NCBI GenBank assembly: GCA_963662545.2
Contig: CAXXLL010000002.1
Span: 960,001-1,024,000, forward strand
DNA: 64,000 bases
Source of the DNA: Gammaproteobacteria bacterium
Lineage (GTDB): Bacteria; Pseudomonadota; Gammaproteobacteria; Ga0077536
Direction: 5' to 3'
Part shown: in pieces, positions 36,113 to 45,615 of the stretch
Layout: the number at the start of each line of letters is the position of its first letter
Numbering within the stretch: the stretch's first letter is position 1
Notes under the pieces: model-generated
Database searches by the model: none
What the model was told of the DNA's origin: nothing
What the model saw: only the letters and a program-made list of their open reading frames with translations
Position numbers and translations under genes: made by a program

Positions 36113-36140
36113 ACCTAACAGTTATATGGAAAGAACGAGT
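36113..36140 (-). other. attI site
   Basis: Minus strand TTCCATATAACT-GTTAGGT upstream of the first cassette, no hairpin, adjacent to the intI 5' end. Confidence 0.75.
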
Positions 36141-36166
36141 AAATAGTGTAATAGACAGAATCCATT

Positions 36167-36195
36167 TTGTTGACTAAATAGGGAATCTGTATAGT
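36167..36195 (+). promoter_or_regulatory. Possible intI promoter
   Basis: TTGTTG-17-TATAGT upstream of the AAGGAGG RBS and ATG 36267. Confidence 0.4.
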
Positions 36196-36266
36196 CCTGG
36201 GGAGCTCGCTTGGATTAGCGCGTGTTTCTCGCTCAATTTACCCCCGAAGAACAAGGAGGTTCTGAC

Positions 36267-37670
36267 ATGGGCACTTCGCTTTCGCATCCTGGCGTTCCCG
36301 GATTCTGGGACCGCTTCATCGTAATTGCCGGCTCGCTGGAGCTTACTCGGAAACAGCTGCGCTGGCACGTACGGCGTGCCGAGCACTATTTGCGGGCGTA
36401 TCCCGACAAGCTCGTGACCGAGCACCAGGCCACCGATGTGAGCGCGTACCTGTCGGAATTAGGCAGAAGAACCGGGATAGAGCCATGGCAGTTCGTCCAG
36501 AGCGTGGATGCTATACGGACCCTGTTCGAGACAGTGGGTGATCTTGGTTGGCCGGGTAGGTTCGACTGGGACTATTGGAAGGGCAGTGCACGTTAGCTCG
36601 AGCCCTCGCACGCGACCATCGCCCGCGAGGCTGACGGGCCCGCGCGGCCCATATTGGCGCGGGTCGAGGACCGGGCCGAGCGAGGGTGGATGGACAATAT
36701 CCGTGCGGCCCATGGCGAGGTGATTCGTCGTCTGATCACGCAGATCCGCCGGCGTGCCTATTCGATCAGGACCGAACAGGCCTATGAGCTCTGGTTGTGC
36801 CGCTTCATCCGCTTTACCGGGACTGACGATCCCGCAGTGCTCGGTGGGGGTGAGGTCATTCGCTTTCTGGAGTACCTTGCCGTCGAACGCCGCGTCGCGG
36901 TGAGCACGCAGAACCAGGCGTTCAATGCACTGGTATTCTTTTACAACAATGTGCTCGAACTCCCACTCGGTGAACTCGGCGGTTTTAAGCGGGCGAAGCG
37001 CCCGCGTCGATTGCCCGTGGTGCTGACCCGCGAAGAGGTGCGCAGACTGCTTGCTGGAATCGACGGCCTGCATGGCCTGATGGCGCGTCTTATCTATGGC
37101 ACGGGCATGCGTCTGATGGAATGCATCCGCCTGCGAGTCCAGGACATCGATTTCGATTACCGGCAAATCGTGATCCGGAATGCGAAGGGTGCAAAGGACC
37201 GGCTCGTCCCGCTGCCCGGCGTTTTGATTGAAACGATGCGTAAGCATCTCGCGGACGTCCGGGCGACGCATCTCGAAGATCTCGACCGGGGCCTCGGCGT
37301 GGTCTACCTGCCCGATGCACTGGACCGCAAGTATCCCAACGCCGCGCGCGAATGGATATGGCAGTACGCGTTTCCGAGTGGGCGCCTTTCCGTCGACCCG
37401 CGTTCGGGCCGAACCCGCCGCCATCATATTCACGAGAACAGCCTGCAGAAGGCGGTCAAGCGTGCGGCGCAGGCTGCAGCCGTCAGCAAGAAGGTCAGCA
37501 CGCATACGCTGCGCCACTCGTTTGCGACGCATCTGCTCGAATCGGGCTACGACATCCGCACGGTGCAGGAGTTGCTAGGCCACGCGGACGTATCAACGAC
37601 GATGATTTACACCCACGTACTGAACCGTGGTGGCAAAGGAGTGCAAAGCCCGCTGGATAAGCTCGGGTGA
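36267..37670 (+). pseudogene. intI: Long-form integron integrase with an in-frame TAG at 36594-36596 (the downstream core 36654-37670 is an open ORF)
   Basis: [15 protein letters not shown], IntI-specific insertion [48 protein letters not shown]; both ORFs are in the same frame. Confidence 0.92.
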
Positions 37671-37813
37671 ATCCCGGGCGTCGAGGGATTTCGTACTCGA
37701 ATCCGCCGCGTCGCTCGCCGCCAGCAGGCGGGGCGGCGGAATGGGGAGATCGCTTACGCGTATTCCGAGGTATGTTTACCGATGTCGCGGAATTTCGCGT
37801 ACCGATACACCCA

Positions 37814-39457
37814 TCAACGCACCCGTTTCCTGAGATTGGCTGTCAATCGTGCGAGCGCCGGCGAATAATCATCCTGGGCAAGGCGCACGTGAATGATCGC
37901 GAGTTGGGTTGTGTCGGTCAGTGCCGAGGCCAATGCGTCTGCGAATTCGCCTTCGGTTTTCGCTTCGTAGCCGCGTCCGGCCCCGATCAGCTTCGGGATT
38001 TCTGCAAATGCCCAGGGATGGACGTCATTAAAGGGGCCGTCGAGTATGGGTCGTTCGGTGCCGTAGCCCTGGTTGTCGAATAGGACGACGATCGGTGTGA
38101 GACCGTAGCGAGCAGAGGTCGTGAGTTCCATTCCGGTCATCTGGAAAGCCCCGTCGCCGACCAGGACGAGCGGCCGCCATCCCGGTTCCGCGAGTTCGAG
38201 TGCGATGCTTGCCGGAATCGCAAAGCCGAGCGAGGCGTAGTAGGCGCAGGCGATGAATTCGGTGCGGGAGTGTATGGTCAGATCGATCGCCCCGAATAGC
38301 GCGTCACCCGGATCGGCCACCACGGCGATGTCTTTGGACAGGGTTGCATCGAGACATTCGAACACGCGAGATACCGTGATCGGCTCGTTGGCTGCTGCTT
38401 CGAAGGACGTCGGGTCGATGTGGCAGCTATCGGGGAGTGCGCCGCGGTCGACTAGATCCGCCCGGCACAGGGAGTCGAGAAAGGTCGCCAGATCGATGCC
38501 GCGGTAGTGGTGCCGGCGTATGCCGAGTTCATCGGCCGAAGCCGCGATGATCCGGGCCGGATCGAGATGCGCCGTGAAGATCCCGGTATTGAGGTCGGTC
38601 AGCATCGCGCCCAGGTTCAGCACGCAGTCGCTGTCCTCGACCGCCGCACGCACCATCTCGTTCGACAGCCCGCCGGCGTAGACGCCGACGAAGCCCGGCA
38701 GATCCTCGTTCACCACGGATTTACCCATGATAGTCGTTGCGAATCGTATGCCGGATTTCTGAATGAACTGGATCAATCGATCCTGCAAGCCAAAGCGGTG
38801 GATCTCGACACCGGCGAGCACGATGGGACGTTCGGCGGCGTTGAGCATGGCGACCGCCTCGTCGAGCGCCTCTTTGAGGACGGCGGGATCGATAGTCCTC
38901 TGGAGCCGTTCCCGCGCATGTTCGTGGTCGTCTTCTACACGTAGATCCACGCAGTCGCGCGGGATCTCGATGTAGACGGGACGCTTGTGGCGCGCCGCCG
39001 CGTCGAGCATGCGGATGATCTCCTGATGCGCGGTGGCCGGATCATCCAGCTTCGTTTGCGCCACGGTGATTTCCTGAAAGATGCGCATCTGCGTGTCGAA
39101 ATCGCGTACGCGATGGTGCAGCAGGGCGTCGCCCGTGATCTCGCGCACGCCCGGTGCGCCGCTGATGACGACCACGGGCGAGCGCTCGGCAAAGGCCTGG
39201 GCGGTGGAGTTGACGAGCTTGAGGCCACCCACGCCATAGGTGACGCAGGCGACGCCGAGCCCGCGCACGCGTGCGTAGGCATCGGCTGCGAATCCCGCGC
39301 CCTGTTCGTCGCAGGTGTTGATGAGCTGCAGGGGAGATTGCGTGATTTCGTCGAACAATCCCAGCGCGTAATCACCGGGGATCCCGAAGACGTGATCGAC
39401 CTTGCGCGCGAGGAGTTCCTCGATCAGGATCCGGGCAATGGTCCGCGGGGCTGTCAT
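37814..39457 (-). CDS. TPP-dependent alpha-keto-acid (indolepyruvate/phenylpyruvate) decarboxylase
   Basis: FGIPGDY, AGFAADAYAR, LHH and GDGAFQMTG...NQGYGTE. Confidence 0.9.
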   Translation of the reverse strand: MTAPRTIARILIEELLARKVDHVFGIPGDYALGLFDEITQSPLQLINTCDEQGAGFAADAYARVRGLGVACVTYGVGGLKLVNSTAQAFAERSPVVVISGAPGVREITGDALLHHRVRDFDTQMRIFQEITVAQTKLDDPATAHQEIIRMLDAAARHKRPVYIEIPRDCVDLRVEDDHEHARERLQRTIDPAVLKEALDEAVAMLNAAERPIVLAGVEIHRFGLQDRLIQFIQKSGIRFATTIMGKSVVNEDLPGFVGVYAGGLSNEMVRAAVEDSDCVLNLGAMLTDLNTGIFTAHLDPARIIAASADELGIRRHHYRGIDLATFLDSLCRADLVDRGALPDSCHIDPTSFEAAANEPITVSRVFECLDATLSKDIAVVADPGDALFGAIDLTIHSRTEFIACAYYASLGFAIPASIALELAEPGWRPLVLVGDGAFQMTGMELTTSARYGLTPIVVLFDNQGYGTERPILDGPFNDVHPWAFAEIPKLIGAGRGYEAKTEGEFADALASALTDTTQLAIIHVRLAQDDYSPALARLTANLRKRVR

Positions 39458-39606
39458 CGCGCACCGGCGATCATGCTAACGCCATCATTTTCCGTCGGGA
39501 TCTCGAAATCGTCGTGGCAACGGGGTGAGTAGGTGTCCACCTTGCATGCCACCCAGACACTGGAAAATTCAAGTTCGTCGGCGAGCACGCTCTGTCCCCA
39601 GTTCTG

Positions 39607-40062
39607 TCAGTTAACGACCTGGTAGACGTTGTACTCGACGCGTCCGGAGCGCAACCGGCCCTGGCCGACGCAGACGATGTTGTTGACCCAGGCGTAACGC
39701 GGATCGCCGGTCTGCATGCGCGGCGTCGTGAAGAAATACTGGTCGCCATATTCCGTCTCGCCCTCGCCGGTGCTGAGCGCTTTTTGAATGGCGGGCGTCA
39801 ACTCGAGCTTGCCGGTGTACTCGACATAGATCATGGCCCCGTCGTGCGTTTCGAACGTGGCGCGCACGTCGAGGTGGCCGTAGTCTTCGGTCATGGTCAG
39901 CCAATCGGCGCAGCCGTTTTCACGGATTTTTCCCTTGAGTTTTTTACCCTCGAATTCGCCGCCGTGTACTTCGACGATCAGGCGGGTTCCATAGGCTCCG
40001 GCGCCGACTTCGAGGCCTTCACCGATGTTCGCATGGAAACTGAGCAATGGTTCGAATTTCAT
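39607..40062 (-). CDS. DUF3237-family protein
   Basis: GGEFEG..LKG, ADW, LDVRATFETHDGA.IY and YFFTTPRMQTGD. Confidence 0.85.
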   Translation of the reverse strand: MKFEPLLSFHANIGEGLEVGAGAYGTRLIVEVHGGEFEGKKLKGKIRENGCADWLTMTEDYGHLDVRATFETHDGAMIYVEYTGKLELTPAIQKALSTGEGETEYGDQYFFTTPRMQTGDPRYAWVNNIVCVGQGRLRSGRVEYNVYQVVN

Positions 40063-40165
40063 GTTGGTTTCTCCGTTGTTTTGGATCGTCGATCAATGCA
40101 TTTTAGCCTGTGCGCTACCGTCGTTCCGTTCGTCCGCAAGCGGGCGAAAAACGTCTCATCACCCG

Positions 40166-40621
40166 TCAGCCATTCACGACCTGATAGACTTCGTATTCGA
40201 CACACCGTGCCAACAAACGGCCCCGGGCGATGCAAACGATATTGTTGACCCAGCGATAGCGCGGATCGCCCGTCTGCATTCGCGGCGTGGTGAAAAAATA
40301 CGCCTCGCCGAACCCCGTATCACCTTCGCCCGCGAGCGCGGCTTGGATCGCCGGCGTCAATTCCAGACGCCCGAAGTACTCGACGTAGATGCGGGCATCG
40401 TCGTGGGTGACGAAGGTCGCCCTGACGTCGAGGTGGGCGAAATCCTCGGTCATCGTCAGCCAGTCGGCGCTGCCGGCGGCGCGAATCGACCCTTTGAGCT
40501 TGCCGCCTTCGAAGTGACCGCCGTTACTCTCGCCGATGAAGCGATGGCCGTAGGGACCGCCGCCGACGTCGAGCCCATCCCCGATGTCGATCGTGAAATT
40601 CATCAGTGCTTCGAGTTTCAT
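40166..40621 (-). CDS. DUF3237-family protein (tandem paralogue)
   Basis: Same motifs and length as 39607-40062. Confidence 0.85.
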   Translation of the reverse strand: MKLEALMNFTIDIGDGLDVGGGPYGHRFIGESNGGHFEGGKLKGSIRAAGSADWLTMTEDFAHLDVRATFVTHDDARIYVEYFGRLELTPAIQAALAGEGDTGFGEAYFFTTPRMQTGDPRYRWVNNIVCIARGRLLARCVEYEVYQVVNG

Positions 40622-40698
40622 GGTGTCTGGGTTGTCAAAGCAGGCCGTATCGTTTGCGCCAAACCGGATCTCATGGTCATTCTATGCCTGCTCACATC

Positions 40699-42324
40699 TC
40701 AGGCGGCGGTCTCGCCTGCCATGTTCGGTTTCAGATCGCCGCTCTCGAACATCTCGACGAGGAGATATTTCTGTATCTTGCCGGACGGTGTCATCGGATA
40801 AGCGTCGAGTTCGATCCATATCTTGGGCGTCTTATGGGGCGCCAGATGCTCGCGCATGAAGTCGTGCAGCTCGTCCGCATTCGTGGCCATGCCTTCGGCA
40901 ACGCGGATGAAGGCGGCCACCTGTTCGCCCCAGCGTTCGTCCGGAATACCGACCACCGCGGCCTCGGCGATCGCCGGATGCTTGAAAAGGACGTCTTCGA
41001 TCTCCCGCGGGTAGACGTTCTCTCCGCCGCGAATGATCATGTCCTTGAGCCGGCCCTGAACGTAGAAGTAACCGCGCTTGTCCATTGAGCACAGATCGCC
41101 GGTGTGCAGCCAGCCGTCCGCGTCGATTGTACTGGCGGTGGCTTCGGGCATGTCGAAGTATTCCTGCATCGTCAAATAACCGCGCGTACAGAATTCGCCG
41201 GTTTCGCCGACCGGCACAGTCTCGCCCGTTTCGGTGTCCACGATTTTGACTTCGGCTTGGGGCAGGGCCCGGCCCAGGGATTCACTCGTATCCTCGGGCG
41301 TATCGTCGAGGCGCGTGCTGGTGACGACCGGCGAGGTTTCAGTCTGTCCGAAGATGATCGAAAACTCGCAGCCGAACTCTCGCTTGATGCGCTTGACGAT
41401 CTCGATGGGCACGACCGCGCCGCCGGAAATGATCACTTCCAGCGACGACAGGTCGCGCGGCGTCGCGCGCTGCGCCTCGAGCAGCGCGATCAGCATGGTC
41501 GGTACGGCGAGCGTGAATTGCGCGCGTTCCTGCTCGATCAGATCCAGGTACAGATTCGGTTCGAATTCCGGCACCAGGACCAGCGTTCCCCGCGTCTGCA
41601 AAGTGCCGAGTACGCTGACCACGCAGCCGCCCGTATGAAACAGCGGCATCGCGGAAATATCGATGGTGCCGTCGCCGACGCCGCGCAGAATAGCCATATG
41701 CCGCGAGTTGTTGGTCACGCCGTGATGGGTGAGCAGCGCGCCCTTGGGGAAACCAGTGGTGCCCGAGGTGTATTGGATCATGATTGAGTCACCGGGCGCG
41801 ACCGCGGGCAGGGAGCGGTCCGCAATGCCTTTCGCCACCATCTCCGGCAGTTCGTCGAGCGCGAGTGCTACATCGAGGTCGGGCAGCTTGGTGACCACGG
41901 CATCGACCTTCGCGCGCATGTCGACCCCGCGGTAGGTGGGCGCGAAGAACAGGCCGCGTGCGCGCGACTGCTTGAGCACGTATTCGAGCTCCGATTCGCG
42001 ATACGCCGGGTTCACGGTTACGAGAACCATGCCGGCGAGTGCGAGCCCGTATTGCACTACGATCCACTCGATGCAGTTGGGGGCCCATATGGCGACGTGG
42101 TCGCCCGGCTCGAATAAGCCGCGTAGCGCATGCGCCATGGCCTCCGATTCGGCGAGCAGTTCCGCATAGCTCAGTTTTCTACGCGAGGCTGGATCGGCAG
42201 TCCCCTCGATCAGCGCCGTCTTGTCCGGGATGGACGCGGCAACCTCGCGCAAGGTTCCTCCGGCGGTTGTTTCGAGCAGTGGCTGCTCGCCGGTCGCCGC
42301 CCAGTATGATGTCGTCAACGCCAT
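40699..42324 (-). CDS. AMP-dependent acyl-CoA synthetase
   Basis: YTSGTTGFPKG, FGQTE, HTGD and GRLKDMIIRGGEN. Confidence 0.93.
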   Translation of the reverse strand: MALTTSYWAATGEQPLLETTAGGTLREVAASIPDKTALIEGTADPASRRKLSYAELLAESEAMAHALRGLFEPGDHVAIWAPNCIEWIVVQYGLALAGMVLVTVNPAYRESELEYVLKQSRARGLFFAPTYRGVDMRAKVDAVVTKLPDLDVALALDELPEMVAKGIADRSLPAVAPGDSIMIQYTSGTTGFPKGALLTHHGVTNNSRHMAILRGVGDGTIDISAMPLFHTGGCVVSVLGTLQTRGTLVLVPEFEPNLYLDLIEQERAQFTLAVPTMLIALLEAQRATPRDLSSLEVIISGGAVVPIEIVKRIKREFGCEFSIIFGQTETSPVVTSTRLDDTPEDTSESLGRALPQAEVKIVDTETGETVPVGETGEFCTRGYLTMQEYFDMPEATASTIDADGWLHTGDLCSMDKRGYFYVQGRLKDMIIRGGENVYPREIEDVLFKHPAIAEAAVVGIPDERWGEQVAAFIRVAEGMATNADELHDFMREHLAPHKTPKIWIELDAYPMTPSGKIQKYLLVEMFESGDLKPNMAGETAA

Positions 42325-42375
42325 GGTTAATTTCTCCCGTTTAGTGCGACAGCGACGATCGATCGTTTTGTCGAC

Positions 42376-43644
42376 TCATTCTTTAACGCCCTTGGGCGCC
42401 CGCTGTTTCATGAAGCCGAATAGATAGCCCGCGACGCGCCGCATCTGGATCTCCTCGGCGCCCTCGGTGATGCGGTAGCGGCGGTGATGCCGGTAGATGT
42501 GTTCGAACGGCTTGTGCCGCGAATAGCCCAGCCCACCGTGCACCTGCATCGCGCGATCGGCGGCTTCGCAGCACATGCGGTTCGACCAGTAGTTGCACAT
42601 CGAGACCTTGTCCGACACGGAAAACGGCCCGTGAACATCCATCATCCAGGCTGTCTTGTGAATGAGCGCGCGCACCATCTCACACTGGGTCTGCAATTCC
42701 ACCAGCGGAAACTGGATCCCCTGGTTGCTCGCAAGCGGCTTGCCGAAGGGTTTGCGCTCTTTGGCGTAGGCGACCGATTCGTTGACGCAGTACTGAGCGG
42801 CGCCCAGGCTCGACGCCGCCTGGCGGATGCGGTTTTCGTTGAAGAAATGCTGCACCACCTGCAAGCCGCCGCCTTCCTCGCCGAGAATGGCGTCGTGCGG
42901 GACGGGTACGTCCTTGAGGCTGACGCGGCCGTGATCGGTCGGCATATTGAAGGTCCAGAGCATTTCTTCGACGCGAAAGCCTTGCGCATCCGTCGGCACC
43001 AGAAACGCTGTGATCCCTTCGGCATCACCCGCCTTACCGCTGGTGCGCGCGAAGATGAGGTCGCAGGGTGCGCTATGAATACCCGTATTCCAGGTTTTCT
43101 CGCCGTTGATGCGCCAGCCGTCGCCGTCGCGCACGGCTGTCGTGTCCATGTGAGTGGCATCGGAGCCATGCTCGGGCTCGGTGATCCCAAAGGCGATGAA
43201 GACGCTGCCGTCGGCCAGCGGTTCAGCCCACTCGGCTTTTTGCGACGCGCTCCCGTATTCGAGGATCAAGAGCAGGCCGACGTTATTGGCGACGATCGCG
43301 TGTTCGTTCTGCAAATCGCAATGCAGTCCGAGCCCCTTGGATGCCAGGTGTTCCCGGATCACGGCCATGCCGAGGTTGGTGCCGTCGCGCCCGCCGTATT
43401 CCTTCGGGGATGCGTAACGATAGTGTCCGGCGGCATCCGCGCGCCGGCGGGCCTCGGCCAACAGCGCTTCCCAGTCTTCGCTGGGGATCCCGCCCTTGTC
43501 CCAATTCGTGCGCGCGTATTCGCGGCGGTGGTCGAAGAAGCGGATGTTGTCGTCCTCCTCCTCCAGCGGTTTGATCTCGCGCTCGATGAACGCGTCGAGT
43601 TCCACGAGATAATCGGCGAGGGCCGGGGGGAGATCGAAATTCAC
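42376..43644 (-). CDS. Acyl-CoA dehydrogenase
   Basis: FGITEPEHGSD, INGEKTW, AMQVHGGLG and RITEGAEEI; GTG start overlaps the upstream stop. Confidence 0.9.
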   Translation of the reverse strand: MNFDLPPALADYLVELDAFIEREIKPLEEEDDNIRFFDHRREYARTNWDKGGIPSEDWEALLAEARRRADAAGHYRYASPKEYGGRDGTNLGMAVIREHLASKGLGLHCDLQNEHAIVANNVGLLLILEYGSASQKAEWAEPLADGSVFIAFGITEPEHGSDATHMDTTAVRDGDGWRINGEKTWNTGIHSAPCDLIFARTSGKAGDAEGITAFLVPTDAQGFRVEEMLWTFNMPTDHGRVSLKDVPVPHDAILGEEGGGLQVVQHFFNENRIRQAASSLGAAQYCVNESVAYAKERKPFGKPLASNQGIQFPLVELQTQCEMVRALIHKTAWMMDVHGPFSVSDKVSMCNYWSNRMCCEAADRAMQVHGGLGYSRHKPFEHIYRHHRRYRITEGAEEIQMRRVAGYLFGFMKQRAPKGVKE

Positions 43645-44798
43645 GATACTTCCTTCAGCAGTTCGCGGGCGATGATCACGCGCTGAATTTCGCTCGTGCC
43701 TTCGTAGATCGAGGTGACGCGGGCATCGCGCGCGTAACGTTCGAGCGGGTACTCTCGTGTATAACCAACGCCGCCCATCAATTGCAAGGCGGTGTAGCAG
43801 GCGCGGTTGGCAGCCTCGGTCGCGTAGAGCTTGGCCATCGAGGCGGCCTTGATGTAGGGCCGTCCGGCTTCCTTGAGATAGGCGGCGTTCATGATCAGCA
43901 GGCGCGTGGCTTCGAGTTCGGTATAGGTATCGGCCAGCATCCATTGAATGCCCTGAAAGTCGCCGATCTTGCGGCCGAACTGTTCGCGCTCGGTTACGTA
44001 CCGACGTGCGATGTCCATCGCCGCGGTGGCGATGCCGAGCGCGAGCGAACCGATCCCGATACGCCCGCCCGTCAACTCTCCCACGGCCACGCGGAAGCCG
44101 TCATTCGGTTCACCGAGCAGCGCATCGTGGGGGATCCGGCATTCTTCGAAATGCATGGGGTTGGTGCTCGACGCACGCTGTCCCATTTTGAGCTCGGCCT
44201 TGCCGATCGTCATTCCCGGCGTGCCCGCTTCGATCAGAAAGCAGGAGATCCCTTTACCCTGTGAGCGCTCGGCATCCGTTACCGCCCAAACCACGAAGAC
44301 GCCGGCATATTCGGCGCCCGTGATCCACATCTTGGTGCCGTTCAATACCCATTCATCGCCGTCTTGCACCGCGCGCGTCTTCAAGCCCGACGGATCAGAA
44401 CCTGCACCGGCTTCCGAAAGGCAGAAAGCGCCGCTGGCATACTCTCCCGAGCAGAGTTTGGGGATGTAGTGCTTTTTCTGCGCCTCGCTGCCGATGGATT
44501 GGATGATTTCACCGACGAGGTTCGTCACCGACATCGAGAGCGCACTCGACGCGCAACTGCGTGCAATCTCCGTGACAGCGACGCTGAAGGCGACGACGCC
44601 GGCACCCGTGCCGCCATAATCGCTGTTGACGTTCAAGCCCATGAACCCGAGATCAGCGAGTTGCTTGAGCTTTTCGAGATATAGCAGACGCTTGTCGGGG
44701 GATTCGAGGTCGGCCGCGATCGGCGCGAGCTCGGTCTCGGAGAAACGCCGCGCGGTGTCCTGTATCAGGGCCTGTTCTTCAGTCAGATCGAGATGCAT
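43641..44798 (-). CDS. Acyl-CoA dehydrogenase
   Basis: FCLSEAGAGSD, LNGTKMWIT, GGVGY and IYEGTSEIQR. Confidence 0.92.
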   Translation of the reverse strand: MHLDLTEEQALIQDTARRFSETELAPIAADLESPDKRLLYLEKLKQLADLGFMGLNVNSDYGGTGAGVVAFSVAVTEIARSCASSALSMSVTNLVGEIIQSIGSEAQKKHYIPKLCSGEYASGAFCLSEAGAGSDPSGLKTRAVQDGDEWVLNGTKMWITGAEYAGVFVVWAVTDAERSQGKGISCFLIEAGTPGMTIGKAELKMGQRASSTNPMHFEECRIPHDALLGEPNDGFRVAVGELTGGRIGIGSLALGIATAAMDIARRYVTEREQFGRKIGDFQGIQWMLADTYTELEATRLLIMNAAYLKEAGRPYIKAASMAKLYATEAANRACYTALQLMGGVGYTREYPLERYARDARVTSIYEGTSEIQRVIIARELLKEVS

Positions 44799-45026
44799 GG
44801 GTGATTTCGACGGATGAGCGAGCGAGAATAGTGCCGCAGAAAAACGGCATGAACAAGGCGGGTGCGCATTGCGTTTTGCCCGCCAGCGGGCGAGCCGGAG
44901 TAATGAGAAAGCCATTTAAAATGGCTTTCTCCCGGCGAGCGCCCGGCCACGGATGGTCGGGCTGGGCTTAAACGAAGCCCGCGGCGTAACGCCAAGGATG
45001 GCAAGTACGGAAGGATTGATAGGGGG

Positions 45027-45050
45027 GTAGGAGCCCGCTTGCGGGCGAAC
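45027..45050 (+). repeat. GTAG-type REP element
   Basis: GTAGGAGCCCGCTTGCGGGCGAAC. Confidence 0.78.
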
Positions 45051-45109
45051 CCTTATCCCGAACCCCGGCGCCCTAACGGGCCGGTAACGGATCTCAATAG
45101 AAACCCGAA

Positions 45110-45613
45110 CTACGGCAGTTCACGCCCCAACCAGTCTCGATAAAAGACTTCCAGGTTTGGCTTGAAATTGACCAGGATCGGGTAGCCCGGTGGTACCGCA
45201 TCGACTTCGAGCTGACGGGCGCAATCGGGGCAGAAGAATTCCCGGATCTCGTTTTTCTCCGGATCCGGGCAGCGTGGACCGGGGTAGATCTCGCCGAGGC
45301 TCTCCTCGGTATCGCGCACGTTGATGAGCGCGTTGGTCTTCCAGTTCTCCCGGTAATCGCCGAGTTCATAGCCGCACAGACACTTCACCGCGTAGATCCC
45401 CTCGGCGTTCTTGACGATCATGAGATACGGGCTCAAGGGCAGGACGATGGGCTCATCCCAATCCATCCGCGACTGCAGGACCTCGATGTAGGTATCGAAG
45501 CGCTGCGGGTCTTTGTAGGACGATTGTATGTGATGGACGTCGTCCCACGGCAGTTCGCCGTCTATCAACTGGCCCAGTGTGGCCCGGTCCAGTTCTACGA
45601 TTTGTCCACTCAT
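45110..45613 (-). CDS. acxC: Acetone carboxylase gamma-subunit-like protein
   Basis: KCLCG..LGDYRENWK, REFFCPDC..QLEVDAVPPGYP and FYRDWLG. Confidence 0.85.
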   Translation of the reverse strand: MSGQIVELDRATLGQLIDGELPWDDVHHIQSSYKDPQRFDTYIEVLQSRMDWDEPIVLPLSPYLMIVKNAEGIYAVKCLCGYELGDYRENWKTNALINVRDTEESLGEIYPGPRCPDPEKNEIREFFCPDCARQLEVDAVPPGYPILVNFKPNLEVFYRDWLGRELP

Positions 45614-45615
45614 GT

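Larger units (their letters stand above)
18432..37670. mobile_element. Sedentary chromosomal integron: intI, attI and about 21 minus-strand cassettes
   Basis: Integron integrase divergent from an array of small low-GC genes separated by related ~110-bp attC sites; the distal boundary is uncertain. Confidence 0.92.

Noticed and set aside
36181-36205. LexA box upstream of intI
   Set aside because: CTGTATAGT is present but the matching right half (ACAG at the correct spacing) is absent.
16555-36596. Stop-codon recoding (amber suppression) to explain the in-frame stops
   Set aside because: The stops are a mix of TAG, TAA and TGA replacing different residues, and many normal genes here end in TAG or TGA; ordinary nonsense mutation is the simpler explanation.
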